Below are positions 48,144 through 57,363 of a DNA stretch of 64,000 nt, one piece after another; positions within the stretch are counted from its first letter, which is position 1; each line of letters starts with the position of its first letter. The DNA comes from a virus (taxonomy: Duplodnaviria > Caudoviricetes): the IMG/VR virus record IMGVR_UViG_3300028840_001835. One strand, 5' to 3'. The position numbers and the translations under genes were made by a program. Below the pieces are notes generated by a model. It saw only the letters and a program-made list of their open reading frames with translations, was not told the DNA's origin and did not search any database.

Positions 48144-48466
48144 TAGGCATACTTCTTAAGGAACTTTCTCCATTCCTCTTCCTTTTTCTTTTCCTTATCA
48201 CGATGGGTTCCCATCCTAAAAGCAAAGTTTGCCGAACCACCAGGGGTTGCTGCATTACCGACCGACGTGGTCGTTATATTAGCCATGGAACTTTCTATAT
48301 TAAGCATCTTCTTTAATATACCAACTACATAAGGATAAAAATTTTCATCTTCCTCTGCTCTTCCATCATCAACTGCGATCTGTTTCGCCTTCTTCCATAG
48401 CCTCTCAACCTCTTCCTCTGATTTACCAGATTTATCTGCGAACGGTTTGATTATATTTGCAGGCAT
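48143..48466 (-). CDS. Hypothetical protein
   Basis: 107 aa, ATG overlaps neighbour, KSGKS..EVERLW.KAK motif. Confidence 0.7.
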   Translation of the reverse strand: MPANIIKPFADKSGKSEEEVERLWKKAKQIAVDDGRAEEDENFYPYVVGILKKMLNIESSMANITTTSVGNAATPGGSANFAFRMGTHRDKEKKKEEEWRKFLKKYA

Positions 48467-48468
48467 TA

Positions 48469-48873
48469 TTAGCCTCCTCTTTCTTGTTCGTGTTTTATCT
48501 CACAATCATCACATCTAACCTTCTTCCACATCCCAAATCTCAATCGTCCAGGTGCGCCGCAGGTCTCGCAGGTCTCATATGATCTATTTTCAAACTCCAA
48601 GAGAATGTCCCTAACCTCTCTCTCTATCTCTGAACTAGGTCTACAATATATTCTAAGTCCGCCAAACTTCTCTTTGACCTGTATAAAGTTTATGGCGTAT
48701 TTATCACCTGCCAGTTTCTCCAATCTCTCAAAGCATTCCCAAAGCAGCCCAGCCCAGCCATAATCAACAGCAAAACCAAAACTCATTAAGCTCTGAGATG
48801 TATCCACGTTCCGACCATCCGGAAATAACTTCCTGAATCTCAGGAACATATTCTTTTCAATATTTTCAATCAT
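48469..48873 (-). CDS. Conserved phage hypothetical protein with CxxC motifs
   Basis: GW..LL...QVKEKFGGLRIY...CETCGAPG...CDDC. Confidence 0.75.
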   Translation of the reverse strand: MIENIEKNMFLRFRKLFPDGRNVDTSQSLMSFGFAVDYGWAGLLWECFERLEKLAGDKYAINFIQVKEKFGGLRIYCRPSSEIEREVRDILLEFENRSYETCETCGAPGRLRFGMWKKVRCDDCEIKHEQERGG

Positions 48874-48880
48874 AATTCAA

Positions 48881-49060
48881 TTAAAGTAAATGTCTGACTT
48901 CGTAAAATCTATTCTTATAACATGCTACAACCGATACGTTGTCATTAGGGAATCTATAAGTAAAAATATAAGGGGATTGTTTATGGAGTTCTGGGTATTC
49001 TTGGATGTTACCTATAATTATGAAATTTCCCCTTTTTGAAAACTCACTGATCTCCCTCAT
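48881..49060 (-). CDS. Small hypothetical protein, 59 aa
   Basis: Not in track. MREISEFSKRGNFIIIGNIQEYPELHKQSP...EVRHLL with SD GGGAGG; fills the gap; IGNI.E.PEL resembles YopX C-termini. Confidence 0.5.
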   Translation of the reverse strand: MREISEFSKRGNFIIIGNIQEYPELHKQSPYIFTYRFPNDNVSVVACYKNRFYEVRHLL

Positions 49061-49538
49061 TCTCAGCCTCCCGCTGCTTCTTAAACTCGTACATCTCTTC
49101 AGCGATCATTAAATTGAAAAATTCATCATAATCAAAATCATATGAATCGATCAGCTGTTCGATATCTTGCTTGACCCTCTTTACTGCAGCACGCCTTTCC
49201 ACATTTCCAATGACCACTAAATTATCATAGAAATCATCATCCAGAACAGTCTGTAGATATATGAACCTATTTAGTTTTGCAACCCTTGAACCTAAAAGAG
49301 CCTTGACCTTAAACATTATTTGATCAAACAAAGTAACAGCGTTACGCTCCTCCTTTGTCTCTGGCTCCTTTATCATCTTTCCCGATTTATCTATAAGACC
49401 CAGTTTGAATGCTTTAGAATTCTGGATGGGAGTAATTAGTTTCTTGAGAACCATAAAAGACATAACACTTTTGACCTTCTCCTCATTCGATACATCGATC
49501 TTGTCTGCCTTCTTTTTCTTCTTTTCTTTCGCCATCAT
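49044..49538 (-). CDS. T4-like conserved hypothetical protein
   Basis: TPI....AFKLGLID..G..IK.PET.EE..A.T.F pattern. Confidence 0.7.
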   Translation of the reverse strand: MMAKEKKKKKADKIDVSNEEKVKSVMSFMVLKKLITPIQNSKAFKLGLIDKSGKMIKEPETKEERNAVTLFDQIMFKVKALLGSRVAKLNRFIYLQTVLDDDFYDNLVVIGNVERRAAVKRVKQDIEQLIDSYDFDYDEFFNLMIAEEMYEFKKQREAENEGDQ

Positions 49539-49545
49539 TGAATCC

Positions 49546-50001
49546 TTATTCTATCGTGAGCAACCCTTCATTATTCCACTGAAGAGTAAATGGGCCATTT
49601 GTTGATATACGAGTCACTGAGAGATCATAATACGCAAGTGGAATACCCGTTTCGGGTGTCGCCCCCTTTAGATACATCAAAGCACCGCCAGCAGAGATCG
49701 TTGAATTTGTCCATGTGAGATCATCGGCATCAATATATCCGATTCCGCCTGTTGCAGATACTATCACATTCTGTAAATATTGTCCCGGTGATGAATAACC
49801 AGTACCAGATACTTGTGTAAGAGGCAACGATGTATCCCCTAAAGGACTAATAGACATCACGTCCTCGACAGTCGCCGCGCTCGTTATTATAGTTGCGTTG
49901 GACTCTTGAACGAGTGCGACACCAACAGCATTAGCCGATGTGAGATCCACACCCACATCGTAAACAAATTGCTTCAATTTGTCAAAAGCAGCATGAGCCA
50001 T
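49546..50001 (-). CDS. Small virion structural protein
   Basis: IDADDLTWT..TI.AGGA..Y.....PLAYYD.....STNG.FTLQWN. Confidence 0.65.
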   Translation of the reverse strand: MAHAAFDKLKQFVYDVGVDLTSANAVGVALVQESNATIITSAATVEDVMSISPLGDTSLPLTQVSGTGYSSPGQYLQNVIVSATGGIGYIDADDLTWTNSTISAGGALMYLKGATPETGIPLAYYDLSVTRISTNGPFTLQWNNEGLLTIE

Positions 50002-50020
50002 AATATACTCCCAATTTTAA

Positions 50021-50311
50021 TTAAACATAACGGCTGGCTTCGTCAATGACCTCCTTCTGGGCATCATTCTGAGTTGCTTCCTTCAGCAAATTCTGGGCGA
50101 TGACTGTTGAAGCATCACTCAACTGTTTCATGAATTTGTTACTGAGGGGATCCTCTGAAAGTGCGATACCCTTTAGAAGTTGAACGGCCTTCATCTGGGC
50201 TTCATTGTCTTTGCCCCAATCCGTTTCACCGAGGGACTTAATAACGCCTTTTACATCGACCTTCTTTTCCTGCTCCTCGACCTTCTCTTCCTTTTTCTTC
50301 TCTTCAGACAT
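50021..50311 (-). CDS. Hypothetical protein
   Basis: 96 aa after late promoter 50346. Confidence 0.65.
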   Translation of the reverse strand: MSEEKKKEEKVEEQEKKVDVKGVIKSLGETDWGKDNEAQMKAVQLLKGIALSEDPLSNKFMKQLSDASTVIAQNLLKEATQNDAQKEVIDEASRYV

Positions 50312-50345
50312 TTCACTTCTCCTTTTTAAAATGAACTGTTACTCA

Positions 50346-50353
50346 TATTTATA
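50346..50353 (-). promoter_or_regulatory. T4-type late promoter TATAAATA
   Basis: Exact match. Confidence 0.8.
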
Positions 50354-50357
50354 AAAA

Positions 50358-51836
50358 TTAAATATAGAACGGCGCGTTCTTATCCTTTGTTCCAATATTC
50401 GTACTCTGATAGTGTATATCAATAAAATGAACAAACGTATCTTGATCTAATGTATCATTTGCTGACCCAGGATCTCTTGTTAATCTAACTAAAAACAATC
50501 CATCTATTTCCATATCATTTCTATCAAAAGTAGATGAAGTATCCGACCCCGATGTAAACTGAACCTCGGCAATCATATGTCCGTATTGTGTTGTTGACCC
50601 CTGTTGTGTAACTGTTACGGATTTTGGATCATTAAAAGCCGAAGCAACTCCTCCGGGTGTTCCGTATCCTTTTGCATATGATATCTCAAATGTCCATTCT
50701 GATACTCCTGGAACCGAGGCGGGCCCTCCCGTGTCTACTGTTATTTGAGACCAATGTACATGAATAAACATATCAGTTCCCGGAACATAATCGTGGGGCA
50801 TATGAAATTCGATAAAAGTTTCATGTAAATGATTATTTGGATTTGCTGTTCCAAATCTATATGCGTATATATTTCCTCTATATTGAACATAGTCTGGTCT
50901 TGCAGCAGAACCGCCGCCAGCATCGGGTCTATTTTTCATATCACCCGTTAAATCTCTATATCCAAATGTGGGATTGTTTACATCGACCTTGATTCCAAAA
51001 CCGGATGTCTTAGGAACAATAAGCCCAGAAGAGGTTATTAATAAATTATTAGTGGCATCCCAATAGCCATTAATGTCATCCCAGACTATTGTGGCTCCAT
51101 TAATGGGTGAAGTTGGTCCATTTAAAAAAGAGGACGCACTAACTGTAACAACATTTGACCCAGAGGTTAACTGAGTATTGGGTCCTGCAGATAACGTGCG
51201 AAATTCTAAATCTACTCCCGTCTTTTGTTTAAAAAGTTGAACACCAGTGCCAACATTACTTGCTGTATTTGATTGTCCAGCACCAAGACTATTATGTACA
51301 TCGGTGGCTATTCTACGTGCTTCATCGGGTCCAACGCCCGACCCCATTCCACCCTTACCGTCCTGTCCATCTTCGACAAGACTCACCCATTTCTTGCCAT
51401 CATATATGTAGACTGTCTTCTGATAATCATTCTTATAGAAGTGTCCCTCTTTGGGACTTTTTGGATGTTCGTGATGTATTCCACGAAACATCAAACCCTT
51501 ACCAGGGGTTCCGTCTCGACCATCTTTTCCTGGAGGTCCGGCCTCGCCACGGGCGCCAGGTTTTCCAGGGAGTCCATTTTTAGGCGCAGGAATCTCATTG
51601 AGAAGATCCTCAATTATTTCCTGTTTGGAAGGTGGATCTTTTGGAGCTGGTATCTTCTTTGAGACACCATCTATTATTTGTTCAAGTAATTTTGTTTTTA
51701 CATTTTCAACCTTTACATCAAGACTTTCCAGAAAGGTGAAAATATTTTCAACGTCATCCTTGGGAGATTCTTTTTTCTCCCCTTTGATGAACTCTCTATA
51801 TTCCTCGATTGCTTTCTTATCTTTATTGCTGGTCAT
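50358..51836 (-). CDS. Collagen-repeat fibre/whisker protein
   Basis: GLPGKPGARGEAGPPGKDGRDGTPGKG Gly-X-Y run; ASNVGTG..LFKQK.GVDLEFRTL fibre segment. Confidence 0.75.
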   Translation of the reverse strand: MTSNKDKKAIEEYREFIKGEKKESPKDDVENIFTFLESLDVKVENVKTKLLEQIIDGVSKKIPAPKDPPSKQEIIEDLLNEIPAPKNGLPGKPGARGEAGPPGKDGRDGTPGKGLMFRGIHHEHPKSPKEGHFYKNDYQKTVYIYDGKKWVSLVEDGQDGKGGMGSGVGPDEARRIATDVHNSLGAGQSNTASNVGTGVQLFKQKTGVDLEFRTLSAGPNTQLTSGSNVVTVSASSFLNGPTSPINGATIVWDDINGYWDATNNLLITSSGLIVPKTSGFGIKVDVNNPTFGYRDLTGDMKNRPDAGGGSAARPDYVQYRGNIYAYRFGTANPNNHLHETFIEFHMPHDYVPGTDMFIHVHWSQITVDTGGPASVPGVSEWTFEISYAKGYGTPGGVASAFNDPKSVTVTQQGSTTQYGHMIAEVQFTSGSDTSSTFDRNDMEIDGLFLVRLTRDPGSANDTLDQDTFVHFIDIHYQSTNIGTKDKNAPFYI

Positions 51837-52146
51837 CTTCAAGTATTTTCTTCAACCGTTCTTTGACCTCATCACTCTCTATATATATCTCACCAGCTTC
51901 CGATACATCATCATTTTCCTTTATAAGACCTCTGATGAGCAGTTCCTCACGATTCTCCTCTTTAATCACGTTTCCGTTCTTATGGCGGAGAATAAGATTA
52001 ATCAAAGCAGCAATGGATATATTACTCTCTAAGCAAACTGTTTGTATAGCCCTAAGATCCTTCTCATTGAGATCAAGATCATTAAATTGTTGTTTATCTG
52101 AGAGGGTATTAGAATTTAATCTAAACTTTTTGAACTCGCCTTCCAT
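51823..52146 (-). CDS. Hypothetical protein
   Basis: 107 aa, SD AGGAG, operonic. Confidence 0.65.
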   Translation of the reverse strand: MEGEFKKFRLNSNTLSDKQQFNDLDLNEKDLRAIQTVCLESNISIAALINLILRHKNGNVIKEENREELLIRGLIKENDDVSEAGEIYIESDEVKERLKKILEDDQQ

Positions 52147-52155
52147 AATATCTCC

Positions 52156-52575
52156 TTAAATTCTGTATCCTTTCCCTGTGAACATGGATACTATTCGTTT
52201 TGTTTTTGGAAAAACTTTTTTGATCTTTGTCTCTAGTTTTTTCTTTTTTGCATCAGAAAGGGTCTTCGGACTAGGATAAGAATCGTCATCAACCTGAATC
52301 ACCGATGGTTTCTTTTTCTCATGTAGAAACGCATAAGTCATATCACGGAGAAATTTCTTCTGAATAACATGATGGAGAATATCCGCCCTCCATGCAAACA
52401 TTTTTAACTTTGAGTCAAAACAGAATCTAACATCGCCCGTGCCATCAGTTTTACTAATTGACTCTATCTCACTTCTGGTAGGATTCTCAAATATCTCCAC
52501 ATATTCTTTCCAACCATAAGGTCGAACAACGTCCGATGTATAGAATTTCTCTCTAAGATATTTTAACCAACCCAT
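52156..52575 (-). CDS. Putative internal head protein
   Basis: Start refined to MGWLKYLRE|K (SD GGAGAGG). Confidence 0.6.
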   Translation of the reverse strand: MGWLKYLREKFYTSDVVRPYGWKEYVEIFENPTRSEIESISKTDGTGDVRFCFDSKLKMFAWRADILHHVIQKKFLRDMTYAFLHEKKKPSVIQVDDDSYPSPKTLSDAKKKKLETKIKKVFPKTKRIVSMFTGKGYRI

Positions 52576-52576
52576 A

Positions 52577-52861
52577 TTAATCCCTCTCCAAAAACTTCTC
52601 CTTAAATACTTGGGCATCAAATACAATTTTTAATTTTGCATCAGCAATCTTAATTGCATTTTTATCTCTGCTCTTTTTAGCATCTTTCAATTTTTTACTA
52701 TATTCATGTTCCCAACTTATTAAATCGCCCATACTATTCATTGAAAGATGTTTTGCAAGGTCTTTTCTTTTTTGGGGAGATAGTTTAGTAACATCCTTTA
52801 CACCCTTAAATGGATCAGTGGGAGGGCCATACCCATTCTTTAAATATTCTTTCCAGTCCAT
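52577..52861 (-). CDS. Putative internal head protein
   Basis: Starts MDWKEYLKNG (leader variant lacking the Glu). Confidence 0.55.
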   Translation of the reverse strand: MDWKEYLKNGYGPPTDPFKGVKDVTKLSPQKRKDLAKHLSMNSMGDLISWEHEYSKKLKDAKKSRDKNAIKIADAKLKIVFDAQVFKEKFLERD

Positions 52862-52870
52862 ATACATCTC

Positions 52871-53104
52871 CTATAGGTCTATCCATTTCTTACCAATGAG
52901 AATTGAATGAAATCCCATCTTACGCATAAACTTCTTAACATTCTCTTCCTTACCAGTTACCCGAACCATACCCTCATCATCCAATAACTTGATCTTAACT
53001 CCAAACTTCTGAGCCTGATATTTTACATTCGGGTCTTTCGGATCCTCAAAATCCTGGACAGTGACGATCTTCTTCTCTGTCAAATACTTTTTCCACTTCA
53101 TCAA
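52871..53104 (-). CDS. Putative internal head protein
   Basis: Starts (M)MKWKKYLTE|K; first gene after late promoter 53128. Confidence 0.6.
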   Translation of the reverse strand: MMKWKKYLTEKKIVTVQDFEDPKDPNVKYQAQKFGVKIKLLDDEGMVRVTGKEENVKKFMRKMGFHSILIGKKWIDL

Positions 53105-53127
53105 AGGAAACTCTCCTGGTTTATTAG

Positions 53128-53135
53128 TATTTATA
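53128..53135 (-). promoter_or_regulatory. T4-type late promoter TATAAATA
   Basis: Exact match. Confidence 0.8.
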
Positions 53136-53156
53136 AAACTTTTTCAGACCCTAATC

Positions 53157-53164
53157 TATAAATA
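53157..53164 (+). promoter_or_regulatory. T4-type late promoter TATAAATA (divergent)
   Basis: Exact match on the plus strand upstream of 53248..53709. Confidence 0.8.
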
Positions 53165-53247
53165 CTTTTGGATGATTAACAACATCCTGAAAATGCATTT
53201 TTGAACCTGTATATAGCTATAACAATTCAACAAGGAGAATTAAAACA

Positions 53248-53709
53248 ATGGCCGATATAATCAAAGTAACAGGGACTACATTGTCAGCAACAACTGGCAC
53301 ACAGTTTGTTCCGTTCGACACTACTCGGTTTTTCAATGGCTCCGTCTTTGCTCTTTCCGGAACGAGCGCAGTAAACACGATTTCTGCTGGACCTATTAGG
53401 GTCGAAGCAAGTGTTAAAGTAAACCCAGCCGACAAGGTAAACCAGGAACTAATTCTGGACGTAAGGCAGGCAGGGGTTACAGTAGCATCTGCTGGCTTCG
53501 GTGAGCTTGATTCGATTAACATGAGATGGATACATGGTGGAGAAATCTGGGACCCAGACAAAGCCACATACGAAGGTGTCGAAAGCCTAACGCTCGGTGG
53601 ATCAACAATTGTTTCCGCCACAGCAAATGATCAGATAGGAGTATACCTGACTGGTCGGGTTGAGAGTGCGACAGTGACAGCGACATTGACATTAGAAAAC
53701 TTGAATTAA
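53248..53709 (+). CDS. Jelly-roll (C1q/TNF/BclA-C-like) virion protein
   Basis: VPFDT...FAL.G...I..G...V.ASV.V...TIVSA.AND.I.VY; SD AAGGAG; own late promoter and terminator. Confidence 0.5.
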   Translation: MADIIKVTGTTLSATTGTQFVPFDTTRFFNGSVFALSGTSAVNTISAGPIRVEASVKVNPADKVNQELILDVRQAGVTVASAGFGELDSINMRWIHGGEIWDPDKATYEGVESLTLGGSTIVSATANDQIGVYLTGRVESATVTATLTLENLN

Positions 53710-53720
53710 AATTAATTCAA
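53701..53720. repeat. Inverted repeat TTGAATTAA-aa-TTAATTCAA
   Basis: 9-bp arms spanning the stop of the plus-strand gene. Confidence 0.6.
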
Positions 53721-53729
53721 CTGATCCCG

Positions 53730-53755
53730 AAAGACCCCCATAAAGGGGGTCTTTT
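53730..53755. terminator. Bidirectional terminator between convergent genes
   Basis: AAAGACCCCC-ATAAA-GGGGGTCTTT(T). Confidence 0.8.
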
Positions 53756-55247
53756 ATATTTGGAATTTTCGATTGTAAAATGTAAATCCCTGCTCCTCAT
53801 AATACTTCAATCTCTCAAGATAGTGCTTGTATGTATGATTATGTCCAATGTTACCAGTTCGCTTCTTCCAAGTCAAATCATCAACAAAATCCCAAATTAT
53901 AACCTTTTCTTTACTTGAATGAGTTCTCAATCCACGACCTATCGCTTGAAGAACTTTTATCTTGGACTTATAACTACTCGCAAAGAATACATTGTGCATC
54001 TTTCTAATATTTACTCCGGTGCTCATCGTAGCATATGTCCCCACAAGGATCATATTCGACTCCTTCTCCATGAGATGGCGAATCGCTTCACGCTCCTCGG
54101 GTTTCGTCTTTCCATATATATTCACGATCATATACTTGTCAGGAAGTACATGCTCAAGATGTTCCTGAATCATTTTTAAATGTTCGATCTTTCTACATAA
54201 CACCAGAGAGTTTTGGCCGTCTGGAATATTATTGAATATTAAATCAAATATCTTATTACGCCCAACATGATTTATAATTGTGTCCTCTTCCTCATTATAC
54301 GGGCGGTTCCGGTTTTTCTGGATAACGGACTCTGGAAACTTCAGTAGGACGTTTACAATTTTAATCTTTGAAAGTATACCACGATCTATTAGCTCTTTGG
54401 ATATCTGTTTGAAAATAACAGGTCCAAGATATCCATGTATATTAAACAAGTCGGAGCGATTTGTTGGTAATGTACCCGTGTATCCAAAACGATATTCCGC
54501 CTCAGTGCATTTCTTTGATATGGATTGAATTGAAAGCGCCTTCGCCTGATGTGTCTCATCAACCATCAACACTCCGTACTTTTGAAAGAAAATCTTCTGC
54601 TTACGATGTATCGACTGCCACGTTGTTATGAGTACACTCTTTCTAAAATCTGGCTTTAGTCCAGAATATAATTTAGTCACCTTATAGTCAATATTCAACC
54701 ATCCATAATCCTGAAAGTCCGAATACATCTGCTCAACAAGAGATGTGGTCGGAACGATAAGAATGATTTTTCTATCTGGATCTTGAGCAAGAAGTAATCG
54801 TATTGTCATGTATATGGTCAATGATTTGCCGCTACCAGTGGGGGAAAGAATTACGCCCCGCTTGTTCCTTATAGAATTGGTAACCGCCTCGATCTGATAG
54901 TCGTATGGGTCGTACCTAGTATTTTCCATAAGCCCATTAGCGAATGACTCCACTTGTTCTATGGTCACATCATTACATAGTTCCGATGTATCGAAATCGA
55001 AACGATATTTGTAACCAAATTGCTTACAGAATCTATGGAAGTCTGGGAGCAACCCAACAGGTAGCAGCTTATTCTGCATATTAAAGAATGAGACTTTGCC
55101 GTCCCAAATCTTTGCTCTAAATTTTGGATGATACATATAATTCGGAACATGGCAGCTGAGGAAAGATTTTAGCTCCAATTCCTGATCAAGATGGCACCTG
55201 ACCCGTACATATACCTGATTCACTTTTTCAATTAAAATTTCATTCAT
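53754..55247 (-). CDS. uvsW: UvsW helicase
   Basis: SPTGSGKS, IVPTTSLVEQM, VDETH, GYTGT, STGVNI, VLQAIGRGLR, H..ERLKYY. Confidence 0.95.
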   Translation of the reverse strand: MNEILIEKVNQVYVRVRCHLDQELELKSFLSCHVPNYMYHPKFRAKIWDGKVSFFNMQNKLLPVGLLPDFHRFCKQFGYKYRFDFDTSELCNDVTIEQVESFANGLMENTRYDPYDYQIEAVTNSIRNKRGVILSPTGSGKSLTIYMTIRLLLAQDPDRKIILIVPTTSLVEQMYSDFQDYGWLNIDYKVTKLYSGLKPDFRKSVLITTWQSIHRKQKIFFQKYGVLMVDETHQAKALSIQSISKKCTEAEYRFGYTGTLPTNRSDLFNIHGYLGPVIFKQISKELIDRGILSKIKIVNVLLKFPESVIQKNRNRPYNEEEDTIINHVGRNKIFDLIFNNIPDGQNSLVLCRKIEHLKMIQEHLEHVLPDKYMIVNIYGKTKPEEREAIRHLMEKESNMILVGTYATMSTGVNIRKMHNVFFASSYKSKIKVLQAIGRGLRTHSSKEKVIIWDFVDDLTWKKRTGNIGHNHTYKHYLERLKYYEEQGFTFYNRKFQI

Positions 55248-55274
55248 ATCTTCAACCCTTACAAACTATAAGGA

Positions 55275-55282
55275 TATTTATA
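55275..55282 (-). promoter_or_regulatory. T4-type late promoter TATAAATA
   Basis: Exact match upstream of uvsW, which is also late-expressed in T4. Confidence 0.8.
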
Positions 55283-55290
55283 CTTTAAAA

Positions 55291-56358
55291 TTACTCGCCT
55301 AGAAATCTCTTTGGGTTGTCTGTAGCGATTGCTTTGAATTTCTTTTCACCTATAAACGAACGGAGTTCAACTCCATATCTTTTCTCGTCTGACTCCATCT
55401 CTACCATATAATAGTCCGAACCAAACAACACCTTATCCCTTACCTTCTTATCATTTAAAATATTATTCAATAAAGGAAAGAATCGTCTGTCGCTTAATGT
55501 GAAAGATATATCGGTATAAAAATTATCATGTCTTTTGATCAAATCCTTTATTATCCGATACCAGTTTCCCTTCATTCCGGGATCATCGAGATACTTATCC
55601 CACATATATGCAGAACCAAAATGACCAAAACAAATTCTTAGTTTCGGAAAATCCTTAATCACCCGAAGATAGTTAAGAGGGTTGGTGAACATAGAACAAA
55701 GTTCTTTTCTGTTCTTACCCTTAATCTTTACATTAGAATTTCCATCTCTTAATAATTTCTTTAGTTCTTTCTTCTTGCCCTTGAAATGGATCGGATTATA
55801 TGGACTACAATGCGCAAGTATAGGTAGATTTTTATTCTCACAAATTTGATATATTGGATACAATCTCTTATCATATGGGTAATATCCTAAAGGTGGGTAT
55901 AGCTTTACTCCACGAAAATCATGTCGTTCTACCGCAAACATAAACTCACTTAGAACTCCAGTTCGTCTGGGATCAACATGAAAGAACGGTATAACCTGTT
56001 CTGGATATTGTTTTCTAAGTAACTTTAGTTCATGTATCTGGTCGGAATATTCTCTGGGAACATCGCCCGCTCCCATATGTTCCATATCCATAGGAAGTAT
56101 TATGAATTTTGTTCCCTTTGGATAAAACTTGATTAATTTTTCAAATATCTTTTTCTGGGATCCAAGATCGCAAGTACGTGCGAATGTCGCATATCTATGA
56201 AGAAGGTCTTTATCAGTGAAAGGAATAAGCCCACTAAGAAACCCAGTGATCAACTTATTGCCCGGCTTGGTGCGTAATATTTTTACAAGGTAAGCTGGTA
56301 GCAACTTATCTGGTATATCAATGTCCAAGAATGTATGTGTATGACAGTTGTAGATCAC
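55291..56358 (-). CDS. Metal-dependent amidohydrolase (Amidohydro_2, TIM barrel)
   Basis: NCHTH, GVKLYPPLGY, LAHCS, CFGHFG, FYTDIS, LFGSDY. Confidence 0.88.
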   Translation of the reverse strand: MIYNCHTHTFLDIDIPDKLLPAYLVKILRTKPGNKLITGFLSGLIPFTDKDLLHRYATFARTCDLGSQKKIFEKLIKFYPKGTKFIILPMDMEHMGAGDVPREYSDQIHELKLLRKQYPEQVIPFFHVDPRRTGVLSEFMFAVERHDFRGVKLYPPLGYYPYDKRLYPIYQICENKNLPILAHCSPYNPIHFKGKKKELKKLLRDGNSNVKIKGKNRKELCSMFTNPLNYLRVIKDFPKLRICFGHFGSAYMWDKYLDDPGMKGNWYRIIKDLIKRHDNFYTDISFTLSDRRFFPLLNNILNDKKVRDKVLFGSDYYMVEMESDEKRYGVELRSFIGEKKFKAIATDNPKRFLGE

Positions 56359-56648
56359 TTTTTAAAAACAAATCTTATAGTGTTTGTTGAGGAATCAAAG
56401 CCCATCCATTCTAGATTTGAAAACTTCGCTATCTGTTTCAAATCTTTGGGGTAAAATGTACTTCCTTTTCCAAGTGAAGCATCAAGAGCAATATTCATCT
56501 TTTTATTTTGGGTTATCCAGTTTATTCTCAAAACAGAACTCTTAAATCTTGTGAAAAACTTTTTTAGATCGGGTTCAAGATCCTTGACCTCAAGAGGAAT
56601 TATATCCTCATTTATAAATTCCTCACTAATATATTCTTTCCAGTTCAT
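56355..56648 (-). CDS. Putative internal head protein
   Basis: Starts MNWKEYISE|E. Confidence 0.62.
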   Translation of the reverse strand: MNWKEYISEEFINEDIIPLEVKDLEPDLKKFFTRFKSSVLRINWITQNKKMNIALDASLGKGSTFYPKDLKQIAKFSNLEWMGFDSSTNTIRFVFKK

Positions 56649-56673
56649 AATTTCTTCCTTTCATTTTCCAAAA

Positions 56674-56979
56674 TTATCCTTTTTCTATAATAATCTTTTC
56701 CGAAGTTCTTTTGACCTTAAATCCTCGTTCCTTAAGTTTCTTATGAAAAGGTTTTCCTATGTATCTATCTAACATTATTTCAATTGAAGTTGTGTTATTA
56801 TTTTTACCCTTGATCTCGATTCTGTTCTTCTTTGAAAAGTTCAGATCGTTTCCCCATCTTTTATCCGTTTCTGTTCCGAATATATTCCAAATCTGTACCT
56901 TCAATTCATCCATCGGAGTATTTTTAGTGTGAGGTATCTTACCTTTCAGTTCTTCTTTAAGATATTCTTTCCAGTTCAT
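56674..56979 (-). CDS. Putative internal head protein
   Basis: Starts MNWKEYLKE|E. Confidence 0.62.
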   Translation of the reverse strand: MNWKEYLKEELKGKIPHTKNTPMDELKVQIWNIFGTETDKRWGNDLNFSKKNRIEIKGKNNNTTSIEIMLDRYIGKPFHKKLKERGFKVKRTSEKIIIEKG

Positions 56980-56983
56980 ATGA

Positions 56984-57184
56984 CTATCCTTTTATATCGG
57001 ACTCCTCTACTCTGAAGTCAGTTATCTTATCTCCTGTAAAATCAGCAGCATCTTTTCTTGCTTGTTCAGCTTTCTGCTTTGAATAGTATACACCAAAAGG
57101 AAGCGCCTTGTTGCTCCCTCTTTGGAATATCAAGACAAAGACCTTCTTGAATACTCCCTCTGTAACGTAGTCTGTAAACTTCAT
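56984..57184 (-). CDS. Putative internal head protein
   Basis: Starts MKFTDYVTE|G. Confidence 0.62.
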   Translation of the reverse strand: MKFTDYVTEGVFKKVFVLIFQRGSNKALPFGVYYSKQKAEQARKDAADFTGDKITDFRVEESDIKG

Positions 57185-57363
57185 ACTTTTTTATTGATTT
57201 GATATGTCCAATTTTTATCACTAACTTTTGTTATCTCAATCGTTGCGACCTCTCCATCTGCAAGGAGCATATTCACATCCTGAACAAACACCGTTGGTTT
57301 CTGTTTGTGTTGAATGCCTTTCTTGACTTTTCTTTCATTTAAAAAAGTTTTGAATCGACCCAT
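57181..57363 (-). CDS. Putative internal head protein
   Basis: Starts MGRFKTFLNE|R. Confidence 0.62.
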   Translation of the reverse strand: MGRFKTFLNERKVKKGIQHKQKPTVFVQDVNMLLADGEVATIEITKVSDKNWTYQINKKV

